Source of the DNA: Octopus sinensis
Lineage: Eukaryota
Assembly (NCBI RefSeq): GCF_006345805.1
Contig: NC_043005.1
Location: 62,496,001-62,560,000 of the forward strand
DNA: 64,000 nucleotides
Reading direction: 5' to 3'
Made by a program: the position numbers and the translations under genes. The notes beneath the pieces were generated by a model. The model saw only the letters and a program-made list of their open reading frames with translations, made no database searches and was not told the origin of the DNA. Of the stretch, positions 1 through 14,334 are shown in pieces. The first letter of the stretch is position 1. Every line of letters begins with the position of its first letter.

Positions 1-195
1 GTCAACACAACTGACCACTGGTTGATGGATATTACTGATTAAGAAAGTTCATGCAATAAACTATTTATCACACCAGCGCAAGAGGATAAATAAATATTCA
101 TAAGTGAATAGCTTATATATGTAGGCATAGTGCATTCACATACAAAGGGAGCAAGAAAAGAAAGAATATAAATGTATATAAACATAATCCCACAT

Positions 196-273
<78 letters not shown>

Positions 274-465
274 GTATATATATATATATATATGTATGTA
301 TATATATGTATATATATATGTATATATGTATATATATATAAGTATGTATATATATGTATATATATGTATGTATATATATGTATATATATGTATGCATATA
401 TATATATATGTATATATATATATGTACGTATGTGTATATATATGTATATATTGTATATATATATG

Positions 466-499
<34 letters not shown>

Positions 500-602
500 T
501 ACATTCATATATATACACATAAATACACACATGCACACACACACATATATATATATATATATACATACAAATACATACAGAAACACACAAACACACACAC
601 AC
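196..602. repeat. Compound (TA)n/(TG)n/(CA)n microsatellite
   Basis: Directly visible dinucleotide runs; they explain the YIYI/VCVC ORFs at 39-637. Confidence 0.97.
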
Positions 603-1306
603 ATTTAATATTGCCTAAGAATCTTGAACTGCCATAGAAAATATGCTTATGATTTAGTTTTCTCACATAAGATCATAGAATGAAGTCTCCTCAGTAAGAA
701 TAATCTTGCTTAATATTGAATATAAGCTGGTCATAATGATATTGCTATATCTGTAGATGATATATTGAGTTTATTAGGTAATAATTTATTATTTCATTTA
801 GGTATTAAAGCAGCTGTAGGTTTTACTTGGTCAAGATGAATCATAAAGGAAACCTCTGTATAGTCACTTGACCAACTAGAAATAACAACACAATCCCCTT
901 TAAAATCACATCCACTGTTTAAAAGAAAAGAAAAAATACATTGGCTAAAGTAGTCTTGGAGACACTCAGAAGCATAGACGGAATGTTCACAGCTGAAATG
1001 CTTTTGAACATAGATTTGCTGGATCAGGGCTGACCTGAGGCAAAACAGCAACAGCAGTAAAAGCAAGAACAGCTGCAAAGGCAACAACAGCAACAACTTG
1101 ATTAAGATGCAGCATTTATGTTAACATTTAAAAAGATACATTGGTTCTTGATTAGAAGTATGGTTTACAGCACAATTGATGATACAGAATGTTATTATAA
1201 GAATATTAATGATGATGATGATGATGATGATAATGATGGTGATGATCAGGATATGGTGTTAAAGGGAAGTTGAAATAGAATATAGAGATCTAACATGTAA
1301 TCTTAC

Positions 1307-1387
1307 CCCATGCATGAACTACTTCACAAATACTACAGCAACGGCTTCCTATTGGTATGGATACACAGTGTGGCAGAACATTATAAT
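1307..1387 (-). CDS. Candidate internal exon (phase 1-1), xYNVLPHCVSIPIGSRCCSICEVVHAW; product unknown
   Basis: Minus-strand acceptor tttcatgaaacag, strong donor GG|gtaaga, 81 nt, only one frame open. No homology recognised; could be chance. Confidence 0.25.
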
Positions 1388-2484
1388 CTGTTTCATGAAA
1401 TAGATGCCATATGTTTAAGTGACAAGGATGTGTCTTTATAAATAGTGCAGAAAGTCAGAAACCGATAAAAATAGCATAAAAAATATAATTAGGAAAACCA
1501 CTCTTGATCTAAACTCTCTACATTAAATATATCTAATATCAAAAGTCATCATTCAAGGTCTATCTAAATCTCATTTTCTATTTTGAAGTAGTGACTGTCA
1601 TATTGTCATTTTAGGCTATGTTAGAATGGCAAGCAGCATTTACACCAACCCTATCAATCAAAATGTCCTTCACCATATTAAACATCTGCTTTACTGTGGT
1701 TTTAGATTAGATTTAAAGTGATATATTATTACCAATGCTGTTGTTGTTACAATAAACAACATACAGCAATAAAAAGCGAATACTTTGATGGTTCTCAAAG
1801 GGTAAGAAATACTTGATATACCTAAACATCATACAGGATGTTTAAGTACATCAAAAAATATCTTTTAGGGAAATTTAATAAGAAATAAATAAATTTTAAA
1901 TACATTTAATATATCCTTAGTACCTTCATTTTGTTGTGACAAGGTTACACAAGTCAGATTCTGGTGCATGTGCCACTGCAGAATGATGTTGCATTCATCA
2001 TTTGTCAGTATATTCCTGGGTTCACTCGAGCAACCTGCTGAGCAGAGTTGAAGTCAGTCCTCATCTCTGTGAGATATCTCCTCATCTGCCATAACGATGT
2101 TGCATGTGATCAACCATTGTGATTAACCAGGCCAGATCCTCAGTGGAGAGAACATGGTAAGCAGGGTCTAAGTCAGAAAATCGAGCAAAATTGCTAAACA
2201 GTCTGATGCTCCTGGATACAAAAATCTGACCAATGGTAACTCATAATCCTGCAAAACATCCTGGTACCAGAGGAGTCCAAGCAGTTCCTAAGGGCCCTTG
2301 GACAGTGTCCAAGTCTTACAACAACAATTGTGAGACAAGGTTACTGATTAATAAAAAAAAATACAGTATGCACTTTGTAGTAGGAAAGGTTGCATGGCAA
2401 AATTAACTCCTTGGATTCTAGCAGAATTTATTGGCTGGGAGGTGGTAAATAAACTGAGATCATTATTGTTACAGACATGGACGT

Positions 2485-2915
2485 TAGTTAAGAAGTTTGC
2501 CTCTCATCTATGTGAACTTTTAGGTTCAGTCCCATTACACAGCATATTGGGCAAGTATCTTGCACTTTAGCCTCAGACTACCCAATGCCTTGTGAGTGAA
2601 TTTGGTAAATAGAAACTGTATGGAAGCTCATTGCATATGTGTGTGTGTGTGCGCATACATATACACATACATGTATATATATATGGTATATATACAGATA
2701 TATATGTTATGTGCATATTTGTTTATATGCACCTTTGTATTTCCACCTCTTGACAACTGGTGCTGGCTTTTTTGTGTCCCTATAAATTGATAATTCAGCA
2801 AAAAATATAAGTAACATGCATAAACTAAGTACTGGGGGTGGGAGATTTGCTTGACTAAACCCTTTCAAGTTGGTGTCCCTGCGTGGTAGTGGTTCAATGA
2901 CTGAAGTAAAAGAAT
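2485..2915 (+). mobile_element. Diverged tRNA-derived SINE, family B (CORE-like head, internal microsatellite)
   Basis: B-box-like GGTTCAGTCCC, then TTGGGCAAGTATCTT, GCCTTGTGAGTGAATTTGGTA, an internal (TA/TG)n and a tail ending TGACTGAAGTAAAAGAATAAAAGAAT. These blocks recur in many copies in this window. Confidence 0.8.
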
Positions 2916-3258
2916 AAAAGAATAATTGTATTTTCTTGTTTTATTCTTGATAAACACCAAGACAACCCAAGTTGAGTGATGTATGTTCAAAGGCAGTCAA
3001 GTAATGATTTCTGTCCTTTTATTTTCCTTCATATATTCTGTACTCTTAATATTTTATTCACTGTGTCCAGTCTTCTTAAGAGTTGTAGCATCATTTTTTA
3101 GAAATTTGGCTGCTATTTCTAGTAGGCTGAAGAATCAGGTAAAAGTTTCTCTGTTTTCTTATTTTGATGTTTTGCCTTCCAAAGAAATATTGAACTGGCA
3201 ATTTATTGAAAGCTTTGTTACAAATTAGATTAACTTTGGTATTCATTTTATATATGTA

Positions 3259-3642
3259 CTAGCAGTATCACCCGGCGTTGCTCGGGTTTGTAAGGGAAAT
3301 AACTATAAAGCATTTTTAGAGAGTTATAGCCAAAAAATAGCAAAAAAATGGAAAAAAAATTATGGTAAATTTTTTTTGAGAGTTAAAAAGGTGGAGTTGC
3401 GTCCCCTAGACAGTCTGTGGTTTGTGTTTCTGATTCTCGACCCCATGTCGAATTTATCGATTTTTTTCAGAACTGGGGGAACTTTTCAAAATTTTCGGTG
3501 CGTTAGTTTTGAATTATGACATTGGGCTATGTGTGTATCAAGTTTCATCAGAATCGGTTGAAAGCCGTGGTCATGGTGAGGGTACAACCTAACAGACACA
3601 CAGACACACACACAGACAAACTCCCGTTTATATATAGAGAGA
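3259..3642 (-). mobile_element. Non-autonomous Helitron, complete and apparently young
   Basis: On the minus strand it begins TC, ends CTAG and sits between A and T. A GC-rich hairpin (CCCGAGCAACGCCGGG) lies about 8 nt before the CTAG, a (GACA/CA)n microsatellite lies near the 5' end, and CpGs are retained. All match canonical Helitron termini. Confidence 0.9.
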
Positions 3643-5920
3643 TGTCCTTAATTTATTTTATATAATAATCTGTTTTTATATTTGTTTACTTCGGGAAAAT
3701 AGTAGAGGTCATCCTATATTTGAATAAATATATTTTGCCTGTAGAATGTTGTGAAAATTAGAGATAAGCCTCAGTTCCTATATTTCAGCTTATCATTATT
3801 AGTATTTCCTATCTACTTAATGCATCCATATTTATCCATTTCCCCATCTGCCTTCAATAGTACAAACTTTCATAGTGTTTAAATTTCTTTTTTATACTAT
3901 CACAATCATTCTAGATTGGAAAAAATAAATAGTTTATGTTCACTTCAATATAATTAGCTGTTTGTCATTATATTTTTAGAGCAGTACTTTTTATTTTATA
4001 TAATATTATAGGCAATTTAAAGAAACTAATAATTAATGTTGGGGTAGATATTATGGTTAAATTAAATATTGATTTCTTATATCACAATAAGTTCACATAT
4101 TTATAGAGGTGGTTAGGAGATTCAAACCCTTTGCATACAGATTTTTCATGTTATTGAAGAAATGAATGATAAAGTTGAGTCCAATGGGATAAAATTAAAC
4201 ACAAATTTCCAACACTGACCTAAGTCCTATAAATTTGTAGGGGTAGAAAGTATAATTAATTGAATAAATTATTACATAAATAGTGTTTATTTAACCAGTT
4301 CTGGAAGCTTCAGCTCACCATCATTTCTACTCGGGATGTGAGAGATGTAACTAAACAGTGCAGGATATTCAACATGGTACTCTACCATGCTAAGTATTTT
4401 GCATTAAAATAAATATATAAATAGTTTTTGAATATACAAATATATCAATAAAATTTCGTAGCATTACAGAAATTATCACACACCACTAATGACTTATTTC
4501 TGGCTGATCCAGCTGAGATGTTGATTGTGAATTTCTTCCCTATCTGGCTAAGAAGAAGAAAATTCTGACATATGGACAACTTCTCATGAAATCTACTCAA
4601 GCTTTCACATTCAATGTACATGATATTTTCAATAAATGTGTATTTCAGTGCAAGCATGTGCATGCATGCATATGGGTGCATGTGTGTGTGTGAGGCTCAA
4701 TTTTACAGCTTGATTAAATGCATGCTATATGTTATACTACATACAGCATGATTAAATAAATAAAACATATTATACACAAATCCACAAGTGTATATTTGTG
4801 CGTTATGTGTATATGTGTATATATATATATGTGTGTGTGTGTGTATATATATGTGTGTGTGTATACATGTGCGTGTGTATATACATATATGTATGTATAT
4901 ATATATATGTACATATATGTAAGTGTGTGTGTATATATATATATATAGTTGTTATATGAAACCTACAAAATGTGTTATGTGATGTGTAATAATATAATAC
5001 TCTCCTACATTTTATTCATAGTAAAGAGTGTGTTGATAGCACAACACTCATATATTCACTTTATTTATCACTAGTATTTCCTATCTACTCTACGCACCCA
5101 ATATCTTATATCCATATTGAACCATTGATTATTTCTGCATCTGCCCTCAACAGTACAAACTTTAAGTTGATAGGTTTCATTGAAAACAAAATAAAAATGT
5201 CTTTAGAGCTTCTCTCAAATGAAATAAATTAAAAATAGAAAGAAGCAAATGAGAATTCATCACATGCCATCAAAAAGCTTATCTGCTCAGTCTGACTTAT
5301 GGAAAGAATAGATTAAAAAAAGAAAAGTAAGAGGAAATGTTTGTAAAAGGTATATATGATGATGATGATGATGATATATATATATAAAACACTAAATAAA
5401 TATTATGATTCTATAATTCTTTGCATGTTATCAGAAAATCAGTTTAATAATGAATTAGGATTCTGAATATTATTTAGCATGAAAAACTTGTGGTACTCCA
5501 CCTTTATGACTGAGTGGCTAGCACATTAAAATTGTTATCCAGCCATATATATCAATTTCAACAATCCATTTATGAAGCAGAATTTTCAGAAGCAATGAAC
5601 CTAGACTAATATAAAAATAGTGATCGTAAAAAGAATCTGCACTGATGAAGATTTTTTTTCATCACATAACAAATATTGAAAGCTCTACCAAGACTAAGAT
5701 ATGTTCATGTCCATGATTGAACATGTTTAACTGTATGTGGGGTGGGGGGGGTAAACTGTAGTAAAATTTAAATGAATTAAAAAAACCTATCATTCTTATC
5801 ACAATCATATGACTTCTAAAATGAAAGGTAGTTTATAATAATGTAATATTTGCTATAAATCAGCAACCTAGAAAAGATAATATTCCATGAATATGTATAC
5901 TGTAATCCTTTTGAATCATC

Positions 5921-6250
5921 AAGTGTCTTCTACTATAGCCTCGGGCTGACCAAAGCCTTGTAAGTGGATTTGGTAGATGGAAACTGAAAGAGGCCTGACA
6001 TATATATGTATATATATTTATATGTACATGTGTGTATATGTTTGTGTGTCTGTGATTGTCCCCCCAACATCGCTTGACAACCGATGCTGGTGTGTTTACG
6101 TCCCCGTAACTTAGCGGTTCGGCAAAAGAGACCGATAGAATAAGTACTAGGCTTACAAAGAATAAGTCCTGAAGTCAATTTGCTCAACTAAAGGCGCTGC
6201 TCCAGCATGGCCACAGTCAAATGACTGAAACAAGTAAAAGATTAAAAAGA
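5921..6250 (+). mobile_element. SINE family B, 5'-truncated, low divergence
   Basis: CAAGTGTCTTCTACTATAGCCTCGGGCTGACCAAAGCCTTG...GTCCCCGTAACTTAGCGGTTCGGCAAAAGAGACCGATAGAATAAGTACTAGG...TGACTGAAACAAGTAAAAG; CpGs intact. Confidence 0.9.
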
Positions 6251-6499
6251 GTTAGGTCAATAGAATATCAGGTAACAAACTGCAAGGTTGGCAGGTGGTA
6301 CACAATCATTGGTGATGCATTTAGTTCAAGGGTAATGTTTACCTCTAAATAGTCCAATTCACTCAGTTATGCTTAATGCACACTAGGATAGTAGAGTTCA
6401 TTACTACTGGAAGTAATGGCAGTTTTTGAAAGTGGACAAGTGTTTCATTACTTGATCCTGGGCAGATATATGTGAATATGTACTGAGTTTCAATGAAAA

Positions 6500-6770
6500 G
6501 CATTCTAGGTCTTGTAAATATTCCAGGTTAAGCTTCAATTTCATTAGTTTGATCTATTTTATAAAACACCAAGTTTCATACTGGTAGGTTGGCATCAATA
6601 AGCATATTAAATTGATAAGTTTGGTTCTTTGCTTTTATGAAAATGTCAGAATATTTCTACATCACTGAGATTCTATATCTGACATTGCACAGAGATTGAA
6701 ACCAAATTCCAGGAGTTAGTGTTCCATAAATACACTATCAAGTTACTTGAACTCCTTCAACTATTGATGT
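6500..6770 (-). mobile_element. Highly decayed RTE-like LINE fragment (region C-terminal to RT)
   Basis: Minus translation with stops contains EEFK*LDSVF and YQYETWCFIK, resembling the RTE motifs VEEFKYLGS and YGxETW. Confidence 0.45.
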
Positions 6771-6968
6771 ACATACTGAGAATGTCAACAGCTTAGGTCA
6801 CCTTCTTTGTTTAATTTTTGTTGTTGTTGATCTCAATATTTATCACTAATTACATTCTGGTGGTTCATATGTTTCAGTAGTTTTTCTTATTTCTAATTTA
6901 CAAGGCTTTGGTAATCAATAAAAAAATTCTGCTGAAGGCTTTTGGTTTTTACTTCATTTGCTTTTATA

Positions 6969-7008
<40 letters not shown>

Positions 7009-10000
7009 TGTACGTGTATGTGTGTGCATGTGTGTGTGTATGCATGCATGTGTGTATTTGTGAGTGCATGTGCATGTGTGTGTGTATATTTGTATGTGTG
7101 TATTAGTGTGTGTGCATGCGTATGTGATAAAAATAAGGAAAGTAGCACAAATCCCAACACCACTCTAAGCATGTTTAAAATTCATCTGTAAGGCCATATT
7201 TAGGATAATGAGAGGAAACAGCTGGCTTTGTACGTCATATATTTTCTGAATGCTTCATAGCAACTCTACTGAAGTAGTCAACTGCTCTTTCATGGCCAGC
7301 AAAGGTGAAAATCAGTTCTTTTGTGTGAGCCATTGCCATTAAAGTTATTGCATCAGTGCATATCAGTGCCTTTAGCAACAAAGGCTCCATCATCCAACTC
7401 ATGTGCTGCTCCAATATTTAGGCATCTTTTATAACTTGAGAGTGATAGCCTTCTGTATGTAGTAGTTTCTTTACTTCCCCTTTTTTTTGTACCTTTCATA
7501 TTAGTGCTATACTTACATGCTTTTAATACCTGCCCATGCCTTCTCTGAAATAATGTTAACACCTGCCAGGTAATAACATCTGAGGTTATAGACCTATAGA
7601 ACATTATGAAGTGCTTGTAAGTTCGTTAAATTAACAATTTTTGGTTCGAAAGGAAATGGCATTTAGAGATCTAAATCAGTTTGATTACAATGATTAAATA
7701 ATAACTGAAGCAAATGAATGAAAGAACTTCTTAAAGTGGTTTTTTTCTTTAACTAATTACAATAATTATTTCTTATGGTGGTAGGAATTGGGTATAGAAA
7801 TAGGAATTGGGTATAGAAAATGTCACTGATCTGCATCTGGGAAGTATTTCATTGATCTTATAGGAATGAAAACCAAAGTTGAGCCTGACATACTTTTAAC
7901 TCAATCTAAACAGATAGAACTAAAATACTGAATTGCAAAGAGAAGAAAAATTTAAATTTTATTTACAATTAGATTTAGTCTTGCTTTTGGAAATTCTTTA
8001 TTATTTTGATAGAACCTATGTAGAGTACGGTTGATTACATTAACTCAATATTTTATACTTATTTTCTCAATATTGAAAGGATGAAAAGCAACTTGAGGCT
8101 GGATGAGATTTAAATTTAGAATATAGCTAAATACCACAAAGTGTTTTGTATTACATCTTACTGATTTTCCTATCATTTGAAAATTAGACCACTTTAGCTT
8201 CTGTTTTACTTAGATATCTCTTTCTATATTATCTAGTCCTTTCTAAATAACAAAGACCCATATTAACTGTGTCCAATTCTAATTTCTATAGATTTAAGTA
8301 AAATGAAAGACCTCTTTATTAGACTTTGGTGGGTTGCTTTACCTGAAGGAATAGTCAAAACTATGCATAAACGATGCTATTACTGCTTACAATTAATAAG
8401 TAAACAACCATATAGGATCTACCAACAGTTTAAGTAGAGTTATTCATTTAGAGTGGTGATTATTAGTCATGGCAATATCATAATGCCAGTGACTGGACAC
8501 ATACCTCTAACTTCTTAGTTATTTGTTCAATACATTGTCCAAAACAAGGAGCATAGATGGATAACTCAAAATATATGGTCAAAAGAATTTTTTCCACTAT
8601 ACTAGTTATGATTGTGGAGCTGAGCTGAAGTTGCCCTGCTGACTTAAGCCATAATAGAAGTGTTCATATCACAATCCCTGTTTTAATGACTTCTGCCTTT
8701 ACCACTACTTGATCTGAATGACAAAGCACATTACAATAATATTTTAAAACTTAATTTTAACTACATTGCTATTTAATGTATGCATTTCAGTTGTTTTAAT
8801 TGATTCACTGTGTTCCTGAATGTCATAGGCAATGACTAAAAGGGATGGCAACATGAGGGGTACCCAATCATAAAACACTGTATCAGAGAACCTGTCCACT
8901 CCATATCAACAAGGAAAAGTAAATGATGATCATAATGATATTAACTACATTGCTAATCTTCAATAATTCAATAGAAATTTCAGTTATATCAAACTCTATT
9001 CAAAAAAGTGGGTTCATATTTCCTCCAAATAACATTAAAAAAGAAAGGAATGAAATATGCTTCCAAATCTAAGAGTTGAATATAGAAAGAAAGCTTTGTA
9101 ACAAAATTATATTTCACTTGGAATGCTGAAATGGTATTTAATTTTATTATTTGAGTCTTGATAATAGTTTAATTTTTTTCCTATACAGTGAGAAAACTCA
9201 GTATTTAATATACTAAAGACAGCCTACTTATTTCTTTTTTAATTCATATACATGAATATACTTATTTCACTTTTTAGATGTTTTTTGGGGAGTAAAACAG
9301 ATATAATTGAATTTGAATTTTATATTTAAATTTCAATGACAATATTATTGATTAATTTTCTCTGTAATGCATATTGTTTGGATTTTTATAAAGAAATTTC
9401 TCTCGAAGTTGTGCTGTATAAACTGGTTCACTACAGCTGTAATTTTCATTTCAAACAGTGAGTTACAGTTGACTTGTGTTAATAGGATATCAGACAACTA
9501 GATGAGAGTTTGTTGGTTCATTTTCTTCTTTAACTCCCAAACAGCTCTGATTGAACAGGTTTATAATTAAGGGCATTCTAGCTGTGACTATCCATTAGGT
9601 GTGTTATAAGTGACATTTGACTGCTATTTCTAGCAACTTGAATGACCATATAAAGGCTTCCTCAGTAGCTTGTAGTGGTTCATATCTTGCTAACAGTGGT
9701 TCTGAGATGTAGAGACTCAATTCTATGCTGAACTTAATTTCTGAAGTAGTTACTACCATGTTGAATAACTACACACTGTAAAGCAATAGTAGAATTGTAA
9801 AATTGAGGAGTGTTTCATTAGTTTCCAGAGATGATTTAGAAATTAATGAGTTAATACAAGTGAAGAATATACTTGTAAAAGTGTCTAAGTTAAACTGATT
9901 TTCATATAACTTAAGCACATTTAGAACTAAGGTTTTCAATTATTAAATCATCATTTGTTACAAGATTTCAAAAAACAAAACAAAAGAAAAAAAGAGCAAA

Positions 10001-10839
10001 GAATAAATTATCAAATTGAGGAAACCATACAGATAAGGTAATAAGTTATGAATAATAAGTCTTACAGCGAGAATAAGTATGTATTTAATGCAAATGTATT
10101 CACCTTGAAAGTAGACAGGCAAAAAAAGAAGAAAAAAGAGAAGCTAAGTGTGAATGTAAATCCAAAGTTAGATATCTTTCATCATTTAGAAATTTGGGTA
10201 AATAAAGCAAACAATATCTTAAAAATGAATGCCAAAGTTAGACTCATTTAAATAAAGAAGTAATACTACATTTTATGGTATAGGTTGGCTCCGAACTTAG
10301 GAACACTAATGTTGCTAGGTTTGTGAAAGAGAGAAATTTAAATTAATTTTCCTAAGAGGTAAAATATGATAATTCACTTTAAAGATCTGGTGTAATAGAA
10401 AAAGCTGTGAAAGATCAAATTCCTAAACAGTTTGTTGTTTTTATATACTTTGTCGTTTAGCTCCAAATCTGCCCTGATCAAGCAGACCAACCATAAAAGG
10501 CATTCCAGTTGCAACTAGTTAATTTTTATAGGTAAATGTGAGACCAAATTATCCAAATTATTATTTCCTTGCTCATGATAGTAGATGGGATTTGAAGCAC
10601 ATTTGGGTGATGTTTCTGGTATGTTGGGTGACCACGTAAAGGCTATTTCATTGGTTCACTTTCATAGTTTAAGTCCTTAATGATTTCGTGCTAGTATGTC
10701 TTGAGAGTGAAGAGATTGAACAGGTAAAACTGGTCCCCAAAAAATAAACATCAAAATTAATCCTGTAATCATTTTGATGCTAACATTTGAAAAAGTTCAC
10801 AAAGCAACAAATTTGCTTGCCATGTCCCGTTTCTAATGC

Positions 10840-10881
<42 letters not shown>

Positions 10882-13641
10882 CTAGTTATATTAAGTATAC
10901 TGAATCATCTTGAAAGAATTAGACATGAAATTCAATGACATGTCTATCATAGAACAGAATTTACTTCCTCTCATCCTTAGTTCAAACCATAACTTTACAT
11001 GACATCCCTATACAGCCATTGCATAAGAATAAAACTCCTTCATCTGACTATGTCTCTACTGCATAGATACTAGCTTTAAGTTTATTCAAGAAACCATTTT
11101 AAAAAAATTATTGTTTATTGTATTTGATTGTATAAATTTTGACTAAACAGTTGTTCCTGCTTAACCTAAGATCAACCTTGAAAGAGTAGACCTAAAGTAA
11201 ATAATGTTTTGGTGTCTTTGTATATCTGGGACCAATTTGGCCTTTATTTTCAAGAATATAGAATGTGATTCTGAAGTAATTTAGCTGTAATTTTTAGCAA
11301 ATTTAGTGATTACAAAGAAATCAGGGCTCCACATAATAATTGCAATAGGGATCAGTTGATTTTTATCGGTTTAACTTTTGAGTGGCTAGTAAAAGGTGCA
11401 TGAAGAGTAGTTTTAAAGTATTTGACTTTACATATTAGAGAAGAGTCATTATTTTAATGCCAACCATCTCTGTAGAGAATTAAAATTTAATGAGTAAAGC
11501 AAGAGGACACATCTACATGAAAACTGCTATAACTATAGCAGAATGAATAATAAAAATGAACTTATGACAAAAAATGAAAAAGCAGATTACACATATACAT
11601 ATATATTAGAGGTGAATGATTGTAGAGATATTTTGGAAATTAATGGCAACAATAACATGTGTTGGTTTTACAAACAATAGCTGTAGCAACAGTAGTAGCA
11701 ATGGCAATAGCAACTGACAACAATCGAATCCAGAACAGTGCAAACAAATGTTGCAAAAACAAAATCATGTAGGGATATGCTTGACATTTACTTTCACATT
11801 TCTCCTTCTGTTAAATGGTCAGGAGAAATGTCTGACCCACCGTTAAACCAAAATGTTAACAAATGTAAAAGAAAACTGTTCCTCTACATATATGGTTAAT
11901 AATTTAACATATTTGTGTGTGCTGATTTAACCACCAAAATCAAATTGATGTAAAGTTGCTATATATATATACAAGTGTACATATTTCTGTTGTATTTCTT
12001 TTCTCTTGTTTACCTACTTTGTTTTTCATATAAGCTATAGTTTGTCTTGCATATGATATGTTTAATAGAACTAGCATGCTGTTTACAAAAAAAAAAAAAA
12101 AAATTTAATACAGATTTTTTTCTGTTTTGCTTAGCTGGGTTTCAAAAAATATTTTGACTTCTTAGTCTTTGAAAAGCTGGAGCAGACACTTAAGCAATCC
12201 ATCAAACAAACAATTTGGAGAGAAAAGAAGAGACTCCTGATATTTTCGTGGTTGGATGATGGGGGAGTGTAGTGACACACAAAAATATGTGTGAATATAA
12301 TGGCAGTGACATCAGTGATAGTAACAGAAAATGTTCATTTGCTTAAATGACAGCTGACTCAAACATGTGATGTACATTCAAATAAAAGAGATTAAATCCT
12401 TCATCATCTCTTTGAGTATTAAAATATTGAAAGACATCTTAAACAAAGTTTCCAATATTAACATGGTAATTTCTCTTTCTGAGAGAAACCAAGGAGAATA
12501 GAAACCATTCTTATACAAAATCTGAAATGTGCTTGAAAGAAACACGCGTCTTAATAAGAGGCCACAGAGAAAAAGTAAAAGTATAGAACAGTGAAAATAG
12601 GCAAAGAATGATAGTTTGATAAGGCAACAGATAACTTCTGTGTCTCTTTGCTCTTAAGTTAGCACATACAAAAGCTAAGCATATTGCAAATCAAAATGAT
12701 TGAACCAAAATATAGCTGGTGAGTGTGAGCTTAGACAAAGTGATTATCATGGATTCAATGAATTTCAGTGAAATTATGGTGGTGCTGTCTATCTGGAAGT
12801 GTATAAAATGGAAACTGTGAAAAAAAAAAAAAAAAAGGAAACATTGGAGCAGGTTCACATGCAAGTTGGCATTAGCCAAGGGACTAATGAAAGCAGTATT
12901 AAGTTGCTTAGTAGGCTGATTAATTCCAGATTTACAGTTTGATGGAATAAAAAAAAAAGCTCAGCAAAAGCAGTTAGAGAAAATCAGGCAGAGCTGGTAA
13001 ACACTCACATCATTTTATTGGTCTATTTCTGCCAAACTCTCTTAGGGAACATCTGGATAAATAAAAACATGCCTTTGCTGTGTTTGCATTTTTTTTTCTT
13101 AAAAAAAGGGTCAATGTCTATGCATAAAAGATCCCTCTATTTATAATGTTCTGTTTGTAAATGTGTAAATATACACTATGAAACTGTGCCAACAACAGTT
13201 CTAGTGAGTAAGATGACAGTTTTCTTCAGCAACACACTCTCAGCAATACAACTGAAGTTTTACCACACTGAAGCAATGAATCATTATTGTACTTATTTAC
13301 AAGCCATTTCTGGGTACCTTTGTACTGTACTTAATAAATCATTATGATTAAGTCTATATAAAAGAAGAACAGCTATAACAATGATGATAATAGTGATGAT
13401 GATGATGATGATGATGATGACGATGAGGATGATGATGATCCATTCTGCTATATTTACAAGTCCTGAAATTTTGTGGGGAGGAGTAAATTTATTACATCGC
13501 CCCTGCTCAACTGGCAATTATTTCTTTAACTCTGAAAGGATGAAAAGTAAAGTCAAACAAGAAATGCTGCCATGCATTTTGTCTGGCAGACAGATGATCC
13601 TGCCAGCTTTCACCTTAATAAAAATAATAAAAATGATAATG

Positions 13642-13673
<32 letters not shown>

Positions 13674-13829
13674 GATGATGATGATGATGATGATTTCATT
13701 TGCCACAAGGGTGAAGGATAAGGGGGACAATACAAAAACAGACATAAAGTGTGGGAATTTACATATAATGAAATGATAAAAAGAAAGAAAGAAGTATACT
13801 CTGAAAAAGAAGGGACATATGCATAGCAT

Positions 13830-14215
13830 ACAAAGGTTTAAAATAAGTGGCAGGGAAGATGATAGCGATGTGGCCTTCCTGATACAGGAAGGCCTCTAGA
13901 GATAATTGAGGAACCCCACTGTCTGAGATTTCTCTGAAACCCCAGGGACAAGTGTCTTCTCCAAGTCCTTCTCTCCGGCTCACAGGTCCACTCTTGCCAT
14001 TTTCACAACTTTCACCCACCTTTCAATAAACTCACTCGAAGATAGCACTTCCTTCTCCACTCTCAATTTCCTTTTCAAGTGAAACTTGAAGAAGTCAATG
14101 AGAGCTCTACTGAAACAAAATGTATCTGTCCTCATGCCTTTCAGCCTTGTCCACCAAACAACCTCTTTGACCAAAGCCACCAGGCAAAGGAAAACTACCT
14201 TGCTTGCCCAATTGA
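13830..14215 (-). mobile_element. Tx1/L1-clade LINE 3' fragment (ORF2 C-terminus)
   Basis: VFLCLVALVKEVVWWTRLKGMRTDTFCFSRALIDFFKFHLKRKLRVEKEVLSSSEFIERW (ORF 13980-14180) has the hydrophobic-WW...F..RW pattern of L1/Tx1 ORF2 ends. Confidence 0.75.
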
Positions 14216-14334
14216 AAGAGAAAAATATTATTATTACTATTCTTTTATCTCAAGTTTTGTTGGAGCTCCTAGAGTCTTGCATCTATAGCAGGCTTGCTAC
14301 CTGCAGCCTACCGTAACATGCCATCTATTCTTTC

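Noticed and set aside
39-637. Longest ORFs in the track (up to 187 aa, YIYI/VCVC-rich), and similar ones at 4732, 6954, 23304, 29184 and 60478-61202
   Set aside because: They are translations of dinucleotide and tetranucleotide microsatellites.
850-1100. Possible RTE LINE C-terminus, and a poly-Leu ORF at 794-1096
   Set aside because: The similarity is too weak to call, and the ORF's hydrophobic start is the complement of a (CAA/CAG)-like repeat.
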